A stretch of DNA of 64,000 nucleotides from Eledone cirrhosa (GCA_964016885.1 OZ024743.1:274474001-274538000); one strand, 5' to 3'. Shown: positions 27,528-41,149, counted from the first letter of the stretch. Numbers and translations are program-made. Notes: a model not told the origin generated them from the sequence alone.

Positions 27528-28887
27528 AGGTTATTTTTTCCATTTACGCTTTTGGCAAAGTAAATAACAAAAACAATAATTGAATACACAGGAAGCGGTT
27601 GGTGACTAATATTTTGGCGATGTTATAATGACAAATATTTGGAAAGATACCAAATTGCGGCATTTGTACAGATGGTGACATTACGCTACCTGAATATTTG
27701 CCAGACAAAAAGCCAAATTTTATTTATGAAAATATATAACATTAAAAAGGAGAGAGAAAGAACTTGACCTGCAATTAGTAAAGTCGAAAATGTCTCATGT
27801 CCTATATATTTGCCATTCCACTGCAAGTAATGTTGCCCCATGACCTTGTTGGATTTATTTTTTTAACTGATTAGTCAGGAAGGAAAAGAAATGATCTGTG
27901 CCCATTAGTTTTTTCAGTGGCTCAGACACTGGTGGAAATAAGGGAGGGAGAAAAAGAACTAAGTACCATCAAACAGGAAATTTGTCCAAAATACATGCAA
28001 CAGCATGGGCTCCGCTAAAGGCAGCACTTCTGGCTCTGGTGGCAACGTTAAACCATGTGATTGATTAAAAAAAAATCTACCGTTTAATTAGGTTACACTG
28101 GAATTTGAAATCAAAAGACAAAGAATGGGATTAAATACAGTATGGCATCTCATCTAACTCTAAAAATTCCGTTAATTCATCGCCCTTGAAAAGTACTTTA
28201 TTTCATTGAACCCAAAATAATGAAACTTGACCTTGATACAATTAAACTTTACGTCTTCAGAGATATAATTTAGAAATTATATTTTGGAATGTTTTCTCAC
28301 CGATTTCTTCCGTGACCTCTGACCAACTCTCGTGACCTGTGACATGATTTGTGTTCATCCCTTCAGGTTAATGTCACTTATAGTACGATCATTTATTGTA
28401 GCATAAAACAGGCAGATGTTTGAGTCGGTGTGTTGTTTGACGATGAGTCAGTGAAAGGGGTTATAGTTCACAGCCTGTTTGTGACGATAAGCTAATTCTA
28501 GCAAACAACTGTTATTTACAGTTATATATGCGTCTTAGTTTCTTACATTTTCTATGAACTTCAGAACTCCTCAGTGCTTCGAAAGTTCGATGCTTTATAT
28601 ACAATGTTATTTACACTTAAAACGTTAGACGGGATTTGTTGTCAGGGGTCGTTTCGCTCAATGGTTAGAGCTGTCAGCCGGTTTCTGAAAGTTACGAAGT
28701 TCGATTCTTCGGGTCACTTTTTCCCGTCCATATTGGTATTTTTCCCGATTTTCTAAGGTATTATTTATAGCAACCGACTGTATTTACACACATATACACA
28801 CATATACATATATATGTATTTCCTCCGAGCGTAAACCTAATGTAACTGTAATTTTGCTTCCTGTATTTTATTGTTTCATTTATTAAC

Positions 28888-28940
<53 letters not shown>

Positions 28941-28958
28941 GTGTGTGTGTATGCGCGC

Positions 28959-29009
<51 letters not shown>

Positions 29010-30044
29010 GTTAGAAGCGACTAAAAGGGTTGGATTGATGTGAGACAGTCAATCATAGGATCCTAAAAGCTAACTCCTTCTTTAGCAGAGAATTGACCTC
29101 ACAATGCCTTGTGTTGCTTATAGTTTCTTCGTTAGAAGACAAAGCGATACTTACGGACATTTTTATTTTTTAATTAAACCTCATCAGTAGATCAAAATCA
29201 GTTCAAGTCTGCTATACCAGGCAACATACATTCTTACAAGTAGAAAATTAATCACGAAAAATGTTGTTATTTGCGTAGTTATAGCTAAGGGTAATAATTG
29301 AAGTGAACTAATGACATGAACTTGGATGAATTAAGTAGGTTGTGATACACTGTACGAAATGAAATATTCCTGTTAGCTGAAAATTGTTAGTGATAACTGA
29401 AGAAAACATTGTCGAAACTGAACTTCTTGAACTTCTAATACTAAACTTCCTCTAGAGAGTGAATAAATATCAAAGCTTTGATGGGATGCTGGTACGCGGA
29501 AATATTTTCTGAATCATGCTCTGAGTTACTACTGATTAATTATTTCTAACATTGGAACATGGCCAGAAATTTGGAGGAAGGGAAAGTTGATTATATCGAC
29601 CCCAGTATTAACTGGTACTTTATTTTATATCAACCCCGAAGGAGAAAAGTCAAAGTTGACCTCGGTGGGATTTCAATTCAGAACATAGATAATCATGATT
29701 CAATATCGCAAATAATTTTGTTTGATGCTCTACTGCCAATCCGCCACCATGTTATTGCTAATAGATACCATCCCATCATACCGGCACTATATGCAAGTGA
29801 CCATCTCCATAAATGCAAACATGGCTTGTTTTGCTTCTTTAGAAGAAGAGAAAAACCCAGTAGGTCTGGTATTTGGCGTTCTCACAAGGTTACTGACGTA
29901 GGTATGACATGATCACAGCTTAAACTACCCACAATGAGATGTATTTATGTTTATTATGCATAAACATATTGTATATGCTTTTCATATATGCTCCTAGTAA
30001 CCATGACAGCTAGACCGGATATTCCGATAAGTATAAAGATTAAT

Positions 30045-30380
30045 AAGGTGGTGAATTAGCAGTGCCGTTAGAACGTCGGATAGAATAATTTGCAGTATTT
30101 GTTTCGGCTCTCTGCACCTAGAGTTCAAATTCCACCAAAGTCAACTTTGTCTTTCAACAATTCAAGTCAATAGTAAAAAAGTACCAATCAAGTAGTGGGG
30201 TCGATTCTTCCTCTATATATCTTTCTAACTTTCATTCTCTCACACTCTCTATCCATCTTTCGAAGAAGTCTGCTGTATTCAGACCTGGAGAGGAGATGTG
30301 CTCCACCAGGTTTGAAAATGCCCTAAGAAACATCATATATGTCAATAAGGCGATCTTACGATTCCTTCAGGAGTTACTGG
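30045..30380 (+). mobile_element. Diverged SINE with extended tail (paralog of 13140-13445)
   Basis: Colinear similarity to 13140-13445. Confidence 0.7.
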
Positions 30381-30501
30381 ACAAGAAAAAGGATGAAAAT
30401 TAATAATTTTTAGAGTCGCTATCAGTTTCTGCTAAGCTCAGATACTCTTACTCCAACAACATGGCAAATTACGATTTACAGCGATTATTATATTATTTGT
30501 A

Positions 30502-30598
30502 GGTTAACTTTGCCTTTCATCCTTACGGGGTCGATAAAATAAAGTACCAGTAATACACTGGGTAATTGCTGGCCTTGTACCTAACGTAGAAACAATTA
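30502..30598 (+). mobile_element. 5'-truncated major SINE with TSD
   Basis: SINE 3' half flanked by tatattatttgtagg on both sides. Confidence 0.8.
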
Positions 30599-31176
30599 TA
30601 TTATTTGTAGGTGGGAGGAGATTTGTATAGTCTCAGGTTTTCTATGGTTAAGCAGACCTATGATTGGTCACATTGTCAAACCATGACCACCACAACTTAT
30701 TTCTATGTTTTTGTTTAATATGATGTCATCGATGATCGATCATAGTATCCAGCCATGACCATCTCTTATTGTTTGCAATCAATTTATCCTAGAGATTACA
30801 TTATCCAATATGGCCTTACTATTTTTGAAGACGACATGGTGTGGTTTGTGTGAGGCGGGAATTTGGCTGATATATTTTTCTATCAGAACGGACAATCATC
30901 TAAAGGTTCCGTTGTTGGCTGGCTTTTTGTTTGTCTTGATGGATATGTGTGTGTAAGTGCACGTGTTTTTAAATATTGTCTGGTTATAGTTGTATGCTTG
31001 TCAGTTCTTATGTGTGTGCGAATGTGCGTGTGTATGTGTGTGAGAAAAAGACAGATGTCTCCAGGCTCCAGCCATCTTGTACAGAAATATGCTTTATCGT
31101 CCGTTATGTTTGACGTTAAAAGACCAATGGTCGCGATCTCTTTGGAAGGTCCGCGGAGGAGGAGGAGGAGGAGGGG

Positions 31177-31224
<48 letters not shown>

Positions 31225-31413
31225 GTGAAGAAGAAGAAGAAGAAGAAGAAGAAGAAGAAGAAGAAGAAGAAGAAGAAGAAGAAGAATGTATTTCTCAGAT
31301 AAAGTACTAGAGGAGACAAAATTGAAATACACAACTAGCTAGATTGCTTACGTCAGGCAAACATCTCCCTACACGCAAAGCCACACACACACTAAACATT
31401 GCAGTGTATGCAA

Positions 31414-31469
<56 letters not shown>

Positions 31470-31599
31470 TATCTATCTGCCAATGTGAAATATGCACATG
31501 GATATATATATAACATACACACATATATAACATATATATATATCTGTTGATATATGTATAAAGCATATACATGTATACTTGCACATATCTGTGTAAATA

Positions 31600-31741
<142 letters not shown>

Positions 31742-31745
31742 CATA

Positions 31746-31780
<35 letters not shown>

Positions 31781-32411
31781 GTGTACGAATGTATGTATAT
31801 ATATATATAAACACACACATGCATAGACATATATATGGATGTATGTATGTATGTATGTATGTATGTATGTATGTATGTATGTATGTATGTATGTGTGTGT
31901 GTGTGCGTGTGTATGAGTGTGTGTGTGTGTGTACGTGTGTGTGTATGTATGTGTGTGTCTATAAGTATGTATGTAAATGCATATATAGATGGGATAATCG
32001 TTCATGGCAGAAATACCTCAATGACACCCATTTATTACAACAAAAGCAATAAGAGCGAAAACGTTATGATTTACCGTAGGCAGTGAGATGTCGTATAGAC
32101 TGCCATTTTGAAGAGGTCACCAGTCAGGTCACCACGTCCTGGACATATTTAGCATCTCCTTTAAACTCCATTCAATGTGTTCTCTTTTACCAACGTTGTC
32201 TCTTCCACTCATCCTTACTCACTTTCATATATTGGTTCTAATTCTTTCAGTCTAATGGCTCTCTCGTTCTATCTCTCTCTTTATCTTTCTTTTCCACTTT
32301 TATATTTATTCCTAATTCATCTAAAACTTTCTGTCGATACTATAATATTCATATGAATGTTTACTACATTTCCATCCACCAAGCTGACGGTATCTTTATA
32401 TTTATATACAT

Positions 32412-32448
<37 letters not shown>

Positions 32449-32638
32449 CGTAGAAAATATAGATAATCTCAAACATAACTGTAAACACACCCGATTGCTA
32501 AAAATAATAATTTAAGAAATCGGGTTGAAACCTCTAAAGATAAAAAGAACAGGGATCAGCAGCCGCTACAAAGAATCGAACTATTTGTCTATCAATCTGT
32601 TCCCCCCCACCCCCTCTCTCTCTCTCTCTCTCTCCCTC

Positions 32639-32747
<109 letters not shown>

Positions 32748-32781
32748 CCCTCTCTCTCTCGGTATATTCCCGTTCAATTTT

Positions 32782-32816
<35 letters not shown>

Positions 32817-33149
32817 TATTGCCAAATATACTATACATACATTCATGTGTACATCGCTATTTCAGAGCACCAATACTAATACCTAATTTTTGCTGGACCG
32901 GCAACCGCTCTGTTTAATCAGCTCTTAAATATTACTGGAATTCTATAAGAATCCAGCTTCTATAATTCTCGGCCGAAGCAAATGAGTGAGTGGTCTTGAT
33001 AAACGCTAAAGAGCCAGAAACAGGTCTGTCTTTTGCTTTTGCTGAGAATAAGTAAGTGACATAGTCACTCCTTTAAAACTCATAGCGAATGGTCTTCAAA
33101 ATGTTTTTAATTAAACATACAGTATATTGCCAAATATACTATATATACA

Positions 33150-33180
<31 letters not shown>

Positions 33181-33183
<3 letters not shown>

Positions 33184-33381
33184 AAAAAGTATGACCCCGA
33201 CTGCAGAGCTCAAGCCGTTTCGACGGCTATTTCTGGACTATTTCAGTCCAGAAATAGCCGTCGAAATGGCTTGAGCTCTGCCGTCGGGGTCATACTTTTT
33301 CCTATTACCCACTCTACTACCCTAAGTATTGAGTACTCTGGTACGTTATGGTCCATCTGGTTCCTTACGATAATTCCTTCG

Positions 33382-33384
<3 letters not shown>
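33181..33384 (+). mobile_element. Palindrome-plus-tail element in (TA)n (copies 48849-49050 and 62923-63110)
   Basis: About 123-bp near-perfect palindrome aggaaaaagtatgaccccgac...gtcggggtcatactttttcct followed by a conserved tail of about 80 bp; all three copies are flanked by TA-rich repeats. Confidence 0.85.
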
Positions 33385-33419
<35 letters not shown>

Positions 33420-33426
<7 letters not shown>

Positions 33427-33875
33427 TTGCGAGCTTTTTTTATATGAAATCGTGTGTCGAAACAAAAATTGTTATACTTGGGGAGGGTCATATTGTTGTA
33501 ATAATATTGCCAGAATTAATAACAGAACACACTCACTGTTTGGTTGCTTTTCGCTTCTGTAATAAAAAAATAAATAAATAAATAAACAGATTAAATAAAG
33601 ATGGCGTAGACATACAATACAACAGGAGGAAACATAATAGCACCACTGACGGTGTTGCAGATGTGCAACGAAAGAATTTTGTTACACTATATATATATGT
33701 GTTTGTGTCTATATTATATCTGTATTTTTGACCGTTGGTCAGTCAATGGTAAACATTGAGGACTGAATAAATTAACTGATATAAAAGATACAGAAGCGAA
33801 AACAACCAAACAGTGGGTGTGTTTTGTTATTAATTCTGGCAATATTATTACAACAATATGACCCTCCCCAAGTAT

Positions 33876-33880
<5 letters not shown>
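33420..33880 (+). mobile_element. Non-coding Penelope-like pseudo-LTR with inverted terminal segment
   Basis: 33570-33880 matches 45260-45573; 33470-33560 is the reverse complement of 33790-33880; carries a mutated hammerhead core (ctgacgg..gttgca gatg tgcaac gaaa); flanked by (TA)n. Confidence 0.75.
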
Positions 33881-33950
<70 letters not shown>

Positions 33951-34299
33951 GATGATTTTCCGAAGAGGATCGAAAAAAAACACAGTTAAACAGGGTAATT
34001 AATACGTTAGTAAAGAATAAGCATATTTACTTTATATAGAAATGACTTCTACAAGACTGGAATCATTTCATTCGTATAAAATAATGAGGAATGTCCTTCC
34101 TGATGATTTCATACGTGAAATTATATATTATATATACAACATTTACGTCCAGCCATATTTGATGTGACGTAGACTGCGGAAGTTTTTATACAGATTACCA
34201 ATTTTGCAATATTACCTATGAAGTATTTGGTTCCCCTTCCCACCCTCACAACACTATTTACTCGTTCTTTCGTCTCGGTGTTTTACACACTGTCTAATT

Positions 34300-34588
34300 C
34301 AGAAGTTCTCAAAGTGGGCGCTACTGTCCCCCAGATGGCGTTGCGGTAGAGATGATATAATAGTATATTAAATATAAAATTATATATATATATAAATATA
34401 GTAAAATAGAACATATATAATATTTATTTATACATAGTATGTATTATATCATTTATTACATATAAGTTAACGATTTTATTTATTATATATTATTTACAAT
34501 ATGCGTGTTGGCAGGTCTCTCAAGAAATAGGATTGTGGGGCGCTGATGGTATTACGAGGCGGTTGCCTCAAAAGTTTGAGAACCCCTG
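34300..34588. mobile_element. hAT/Charlie-like MITE
   Basis: TIRs cagaagttctcaaa / tttgagaacccctg; 8-bp TSD gtctaatt/gtctagtt. Confidence 0.8.
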
Positions 34589-34714
34589 GTCTAGTTCTAC
34601 CAGCTCGTATTTTCCTTTCTCCGCGTTTTTGTTTCTATAGGTCTAACTGATGCTTTTCGTCACATATGGTTTTACTTATATATTTATTTCTATTATTAAT
34701 ATTTAAAAAGGAAA

Positions 34715-34990
34715 GTGGATTGGCAGAATCAGTAGAGTGTCGGACACCATGCTTTACAACATAGACCTTTACGGTCTCAGTTCAAACCCCACCGAGGTTA
34801 ACTTTGCCTTTCCTCCTTTACGGGCTCGATAAAATGAAGCACCTGTAACGTACTGCGTTACTGGTCGACTTCCCCTCCCCCCCAATTACTGGCCTTGTGC
34901 CTATACTAGAAATCATTATTCGATAAAATAAAGCACCAGTAATGTGCTAGGTAATTTCTGGCTTTGTGCCAAAAGTAGAAACAATTATTA
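34715..34990 (+). mobile_element. Major SINE with duplicated 3' segment
   Basis: Full head and core, then a second cgataaaataaagcaccag...agtagaaacaatt. Confidence 0.8.
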
Positions 34991-35360
34991 ATATTTTTAA
35001 AAAGTTAAAGGGTCCTTTATTCCTGATGAAGTTGTAGGGGCACCGTTGTGATATATGATATTTCTTGGGCATTTTTGAAATCTGGTATAGCCCAATGGCT
35101 TATTGATGTTTCGGCTGCATTCGAATGCTTTTAGCTTTGCTTTTCACCTTATGGATCTACGATTCTTTCTCTCTTTCTTCTTGACCCAGCCTTCCATTAA
35201 TGACAACATCACACGTTTTATTTTAAATGTAGAAAATATATATGAATATATTTATATATTTGTTTCATGTGTTGCAAGTAACTCATTTTAGTGTCGTTTC
35301 GGCTGAGCCATATTTCCCACTGCCTTTCCTCCCCCTTCTCTCTCTCTCTCTCCCTCTCTC

Positions 35361-35396
<36 letters not shown>

Positions 35397-35495
35397 CCTC
35401 CCTCTCAACATTAATGGACCTGTTATTTTTATCCAAAGACATGTTTTCCAATTCCACCCCACCCGTCCCTTCAATCTATCTTATTTCTCATTATT

Positions 35496-35531
35496 TCTTC
35501 TGATGAAGGAATAGCGTCCGAAACGTTAAGA
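35496..35531 (+). ncRNA. Minimal hammerhead ribozyme (family B) in a ~210-bp repeat (35405-35625; copy 44174-44390)
   Basis: tctt-CTGATGA-a-gga atagcg tcc-GAAA-c-GTT-aaga: 4-bp stem I, short stem II and palindromic aacgtt stem III. Confidence 0.7.
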
Positions 35532-35711
35532 CCCTCTTCCTGCTATTTCATGCGTTAACCTAATCTGTACCCTCCATATACTGTACCGATTGTGTTGTTA
35601 TTTCTGTTTACCTTTTACATACATTTATAGATCCGCTAAGATGAAACAATTGTTCTCGGTATGGTGAACTAAATGTGTTACTACTTATATATATGTGTGT
35701 GTGTGTGTGTG

Positions 35712-35749
<38 letters not shown>

Positions 35750-36214
35750 GTGAGGTTTTTTTTATAAAATGAAAAATAACCGGTGTCCTACACGAGTGAA
35801 AGTTAAAAGAAAAAATGATGAAATCGAAAATGCAACTGGAGTCTTATTTTTTTTTAAATATATATATTTATTTGGTTCCAAATAAATATATTTTTTTAAA
35901 TAAAACTTCAATTACATTTTCGATTTCATCTTTTTTTCTTTATATATATATATATATATATATCCTGTGTCAGTTTTGAACAAAAAGGTGACGTAATTCG
36001 GGCTGTTTGTTTGTTTACAAACAAACAAACCGAGCATTATAATAAATGTTCGGTAAACCGATACGTGCATATATAAATGTGTGCATGTATGTATATATAT
36101 ACATACTACTGTACGTCTGTATACATATATGTATGTACGTATATATACATACATACTTACATTTAAGTAAGTGCCGTACTAAGAGTGAGAAATGAAATTT
36201 CGTTTCATTCTATT

Positions 36215-36250
<36 letters not shown>

Positions 36251-36390
36251 GAGTTAAACAAGATTCAATGAGTACATCAAAGAATGAGTTTTACAGTAGA
36301 TTGGAAGCACTCTACAAGAAATAATTTTCCAGAGTTATTAATATTAAAATACAAATATTAATAAAATAGATGTTCTTTTGATCAATTAAA

Positions 36391-36441
36391 TTTTATTACA
36401 CATATTTCAGAGGTACAACAGTACGTCCTCATCAGACAAAA
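36391..36441 (-). ncRNA. Type-I hammerhead ribozyme (family A)
   Basis: Minus strand: ttttgt-CTGATGA-ggacgtac tgtt gtacctct-GAAA-tatgt-GTA-ataaaa. Confidence 0.78.
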
Positions 36442-36646
36442 TATAATGATACATGACATACCCTGAGATGTTAAATGGTTAAGATTTAATCAAGGTAGTG
36501 ATTAACCTAAGAGAAAACTAATTTTAATATATATATATATATACGTGTGTGTATGTGTGTGTACATACATATGTATATGATATGTCCCAAGGCTCTGATA
36601 CCATCAACACTATAAACACAGAGCTGGCATATCTAAGAACTGACTA

Positions 36647-36702
36647 ACTGCCTGATGAGGTCATAGCCATTCAATTGTTATCATCGAAATATATATAGCA
36701 GT
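36647..36702 (+). ncRNA. Type-I hammerhead ribozyme (family C)
   Basis: actgc-CTGATGA-ggtcatagc..gttatcatc-GAAA-tatata-TA-gcagt: 5-bp stem I, stem II with 8 of 9 pairs. Confidence 0.75.
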
Positions 36703-36831
36703 AAATAAAGGATTATGAGTTCATGCAATTGACTTATGTTTCCTCACTATATATATATAGGGAGGGGGTGTCTAGACATGTCACCAAATGCCGCAAAGCG
36801 AGGGAGAGAGAGAGAGAGCAGGCTAAAAGGA

Positions 36832-36888
<57 letters not shown>

Positions 36889-36894
<6 letters not shown>

Positions 36895-37354
36895 CAAGGT
36901 TTAGCAAATAAGAAAAAGTTTCAAAATAAATTTTAAAAAATTAACTTTACTCACTATGGTTACCTTTACCGAATCGGTTTCGAGTCTCAAAAATAAACGG
37001 ACAGTCCTTACGGCATCCATTGCAAAGGTAAACTCTCGTCAGAAGGATCCTTTCACTCGGAGAATATAAAATTCCCGAGTTCAAATTACGAACTGGCGCT
37101 ATTCAAAATTGTTCCTGAGATGAGAATAAATGATGTGGGAGCAATTCCTTCAAGTGCCGTGTGTAAAGATCCTTCTAAAGATCCGAGTGAAAGGATCCTT
37201 CTGGCGAGAGTTTATCTTTGCAATGGATGCCGTAAGGACTGTCCGTTTATTTTTGAGACTAGAAACCGATTCGGTAAAGGTAACCATAGTGAGTAAAGTT
37301 AATTTTTTTTTATTTATTTTGAAACTTTTTCTTATTTGCTAAACCTTGATTATA
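36889..37354. repeat. Inverted repeat (arms about 172 bp, spacer about 120 bp), each arm carrying a hammerhead
   Basis: 36889-37061 is the reverse complement of 37182-37354 with few mismatches; the left end abuts (TA)n. Confidence 0.92.
36963..37046 (-). ncRNA. Type-I hammerhead ribozyme with long stem II (family D); mutated mirror copy at 37197-37280 (+)
   Basis: Minus strand: cctt-CTGACGA-gagtt...gactc-GAAA-ccg att cg-GTA-aagg. All core nucleotides and three stems are present. Confidence 0.82.
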
Positions 37355-37687
37355 TATGTTCTGGCTCGTTAATTTATTAACCTGCCATTGAACCACACTG
37401 GCATAAGGTTGGACAATACATGTTTCCCTAAGAGCTTTGTGCGTGTCGGGATATATATACTTTATTATATATATATATACAGTCCTTTTTCTCTCTCTCT
37501 CTCTCTCCCTCTCTCTCTCTATCTCTCTTTCTCTCTCCGCCCTCACCACCACTGGCTCTTCCTTTACATCCTTTGTATCTTTATATTCACGTAGCTTCTT
37601 ACGACCTCCATTATTATTAATATCACAATCACAACCACTACGTCCAACACTGTTATTAACCATCGTTATTATCATCATTACTATTGG

Positions 37688-38080
37688 CAAAGTTAACCTC
37701 GGCGGTTCAAATCCCGCCGAGGTTAACTTTGCCTTTCATCCTTACGGGGTCGATAAAATAAAGTACCAGTAATGCACTGGGCTAATTGCTGGCCTTGTGC
37801 CAAACAGTAGAAACAGTTATTATCATCATTACTATCACAAAACTGTATCATCAGAATCATCACCAGTATCATATACATATTAGTCATCACCATCATCATA
37901 ATTGTTTCTACTTTAGGCACAAGGCCAGCAATTATCCAGTGCATTACTGGTACTTTATTTTATCGACCCCGTAAGGATGAAAGGCAAAGTTAGCCTCGGC
38001 GGGATTTGAACTCAGATCGTAAAGGGACGTAACTATGCTGGAAAGCATGGCGTCCGACCCTCTACCGATACTGCCAATCC
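37688..38080. mobile_element. Convergent SINE pair (37688-37820 on +, with an inverted 5' end; 37900-38080 on -)
   Basis: aaagttaacctcggcgg is the reverse complement of ccgccgaggttaacttt just downstream; the second copy is full length on the minus strand. Confidence 0.8.
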
Positions 38081-38339
38081 ATCACCATCATCATAATGAT
38101 GATCTTCATAGTCATCAGCAGCATCTTCATCTTAATCGTCATCATCATCATCAGCTGCAGCATAATCACGATCATAATTATCCCTAACCATCATGACCAT
38201 CATCATCATAATCCTTCTTATTACAACTATGACATGCGCATCAGTAGCAACATCATCATCAACATCATGACTACCATCGCACCAATAACACGACTATCTA
38301 CAACCCCAGTATCACCATCACCACTATCTTTAACTCCGC

Positions 38340-40980
38340 CATTCCACCACCACCACCACCACCACTGACATCATTGCTGCCGGCAACACCACCATTGTCA
38401 CTACCACCACTACTATCAAGATTACTATTACCGCCTTCACTACTACAGTCACCACAACTACTATCACCAACACTACCTTCACAACTACCACCACCACCAC
38501 TACCTTCACAACTACCACCACCACCACCACTATTTTCACAACTACCACCACCACCACCACTACCTTCACAACTACCACCACCACCCACTACCTTCACAAC
38601 TACCACCACCACCACCACTACCTTCACAACTACCACCACCACCACTACCTTCACAACTACCACCACCACCACCACTACCTTCACAACTACCACCACCACC
38701 ACTACCTTCACAACTACCACCACCACAACTACCTTCACAACTACCACCACCACCCACTACCTTCACAACTACCACCACCACCACCACTACCTTCACAACT
38801 ACCACCACCACCACTACCTTCACAACTACCACCACCACCACCACTACCTTCACAACTACCACCACCACCACTACCTTCACAACTACCACCACCACCACTA
38901 CCTTCACAACTACCACCACCACCACCACTACCTTCACAACTACCACCACCACCACTACCTTCACAACTACCACCACCACCACTACCTTCACAACTACCAC
39001 CAACACCCACTACCTTCACAACTACCACCACCACCACTACCTTCACAACTACCACCACCACCACTACCTTCACAACTACCACCACCACCACCACTACCTT
39101 CACAACTACCACCACCACCACTACCTTCACAACTACCACCACCACCACCACTACCTTCACAACTACCACCACCACCACTACCTTCACAACTACCACCACC
39201 ACCACTACCTTCACAACTACGACCACCACCACCACTACCTTCACAACTACCACCAACACCCACTACCTTCACAACTACCACCACCACCACTACCTTCACA
39301 ACTACCACCACCACCACTACCTTCACAACTACCACCACCACCACCACTACCTTCACAACTACCACCACCACCACTACCTTCACAACTACCACCACCACCA
39401 CTACCTTCACAACTACGACCACCACCACCACTACCTTCACAACTACCACCACCACCACTACCTTCACAACTACCACCACCACCACTACCTTCACAACTAC
39501 CACCACCACCACCACTACCTTCACAACTACCACCACCACCACTACCTTCACAACTACCACCACCACCACCACTACCTTCACAACTACCACCACCACCACT
39601 ACCTTCACAACTACCACCACCACCACTACCTTCACAACTACGACCACCACCACCACTACCTTCACAACTACCACCACCACCCACTACCTTCACAACTACC
39701 ACCACCACCACTACCTTCACAACTACCACCACCACCCACTACCTTCACAACTACCACCACCACCACTACCTTCACAACTACCACCACCACCACTACCTTC
39801 ACAACTACCACCACCACCACTACCTTCACAACTACGACCACCACCACCACTACCTTCACAACTACCACCAACACCCACTACCTTCACAACTACCACCACC
39901 ACCACCACCACTACCTTCACAACTACCACCACCACCACTACCTTCACAACTACCACCACCACCACTACCTTCACAACTACCACCACCACCACCACTACCT
40001 TCACAACTACCACCACCACCCACTACCTTCACAGCTACCACCACCACCACCACAACTACCTTCACAACTACCACCACCACCCACTACCTTCACAACTACC
40101 ACCACCACCACTACCTTCACAACTACCACCACCACCCACTACCTTCACAACTACCACCACCACCACTACCTTCACAAATACCACCACCACCACTACCTTC
40201 ACAATTACCACCACTACCACCATTACCTTCACAACTACCACCACCACCACCACTACCTTCACAACTACCACCAACACCCACTACCTTCACAGCTACCACC
40301 ACCACCACCACAACTACCTTCACAACTACCACCACCACCCACTACCTTCACAACTACGACCACCACCACCACTACCTTCACAACTACCACCACCACCACT
40401 ACCTTCACAACTACCACCACCACCACTACCTTCACAACTACCACCACTACCACCATTACCTTCACAACTACCACCACCACCACCACTACCTTCACAACTA
40501 CCACCAACACCCACTACCTTCACAACTACCACCACCACCACCACTACCCTCACAACTACCACCACCACCACTACCTTCACAACTACCACCACCACCACCA
40601 CTACCTTCACAACTACCACCACCACCCACTACCTTCACAGCTACCACCACCACCACCACCACTACCTTCACAACTACCACCACCACCACTACCTTCACAA
40701 CTACCACCACCACCACCATTAGCTTCACAACTACCACCACCACCACTACCTTCACAACTACCACCACCACCACTACCTTCACAACTACCACCACTACCTT
40801 CACTACTAACACCAACATTACCACCACCACCACTACCTTCATAACTACCACCACCACCACCACTACCTTCACTACTACCACCAACCTTACCATCACCACC
40901 GCAATCACCTTCCCACCACCATCACTACAACCACCATCGCCACTACCAACATCACCACCACTACCACTACCACTACCAAT
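38340..40980 (+). repeat. Compound minisatellite, unit actaccttcacaact(acc)n of about 26-33 bp, ~2.6 kb
   Basis: Direct reading; it explains the spurious 782-aa Pro/Thr/His ORF. Confidence 0.95.
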
Positions 40981-41044
40981 AATTATATCACTGACAAGAA
41001 ATGTTGGAAATAGTCAAAACTGAAATAACGGTTATTACGAATAA

Positions 41045-41058
41045 TATGGTGGTGGCTG

Positions 41059-41089
<31 letters not shown>

Positions 41090-41118
41090 GATGGTGGTCG
41101 TGATGGTGATGGTGGTTG

Positions 41119-41149
<31 letters not shown>

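Noticed and set aside
33950-34125. gatga/ccgaaga...gaaa and ctgatga tttcatacg tgaaa motifs
   Set aside because: The stems do not assemble convincingly (the GAAA is sequestered by tttc); possibly a degenerate relative, but not supportable.
35020-35090. cctgatgaag hammerhead candidate
   Set aside because: No properly placed GAAA, stem II or stem I partner.
38374-40722. 782-aa Pro/Thr/His-rich ORF (mucin/extensin-like)
   Set aside because: It is the translation of an (ACC)-based minisatellite with shifting unit lengths; no splice signals, and exons 3 and 4 join in phase without it.
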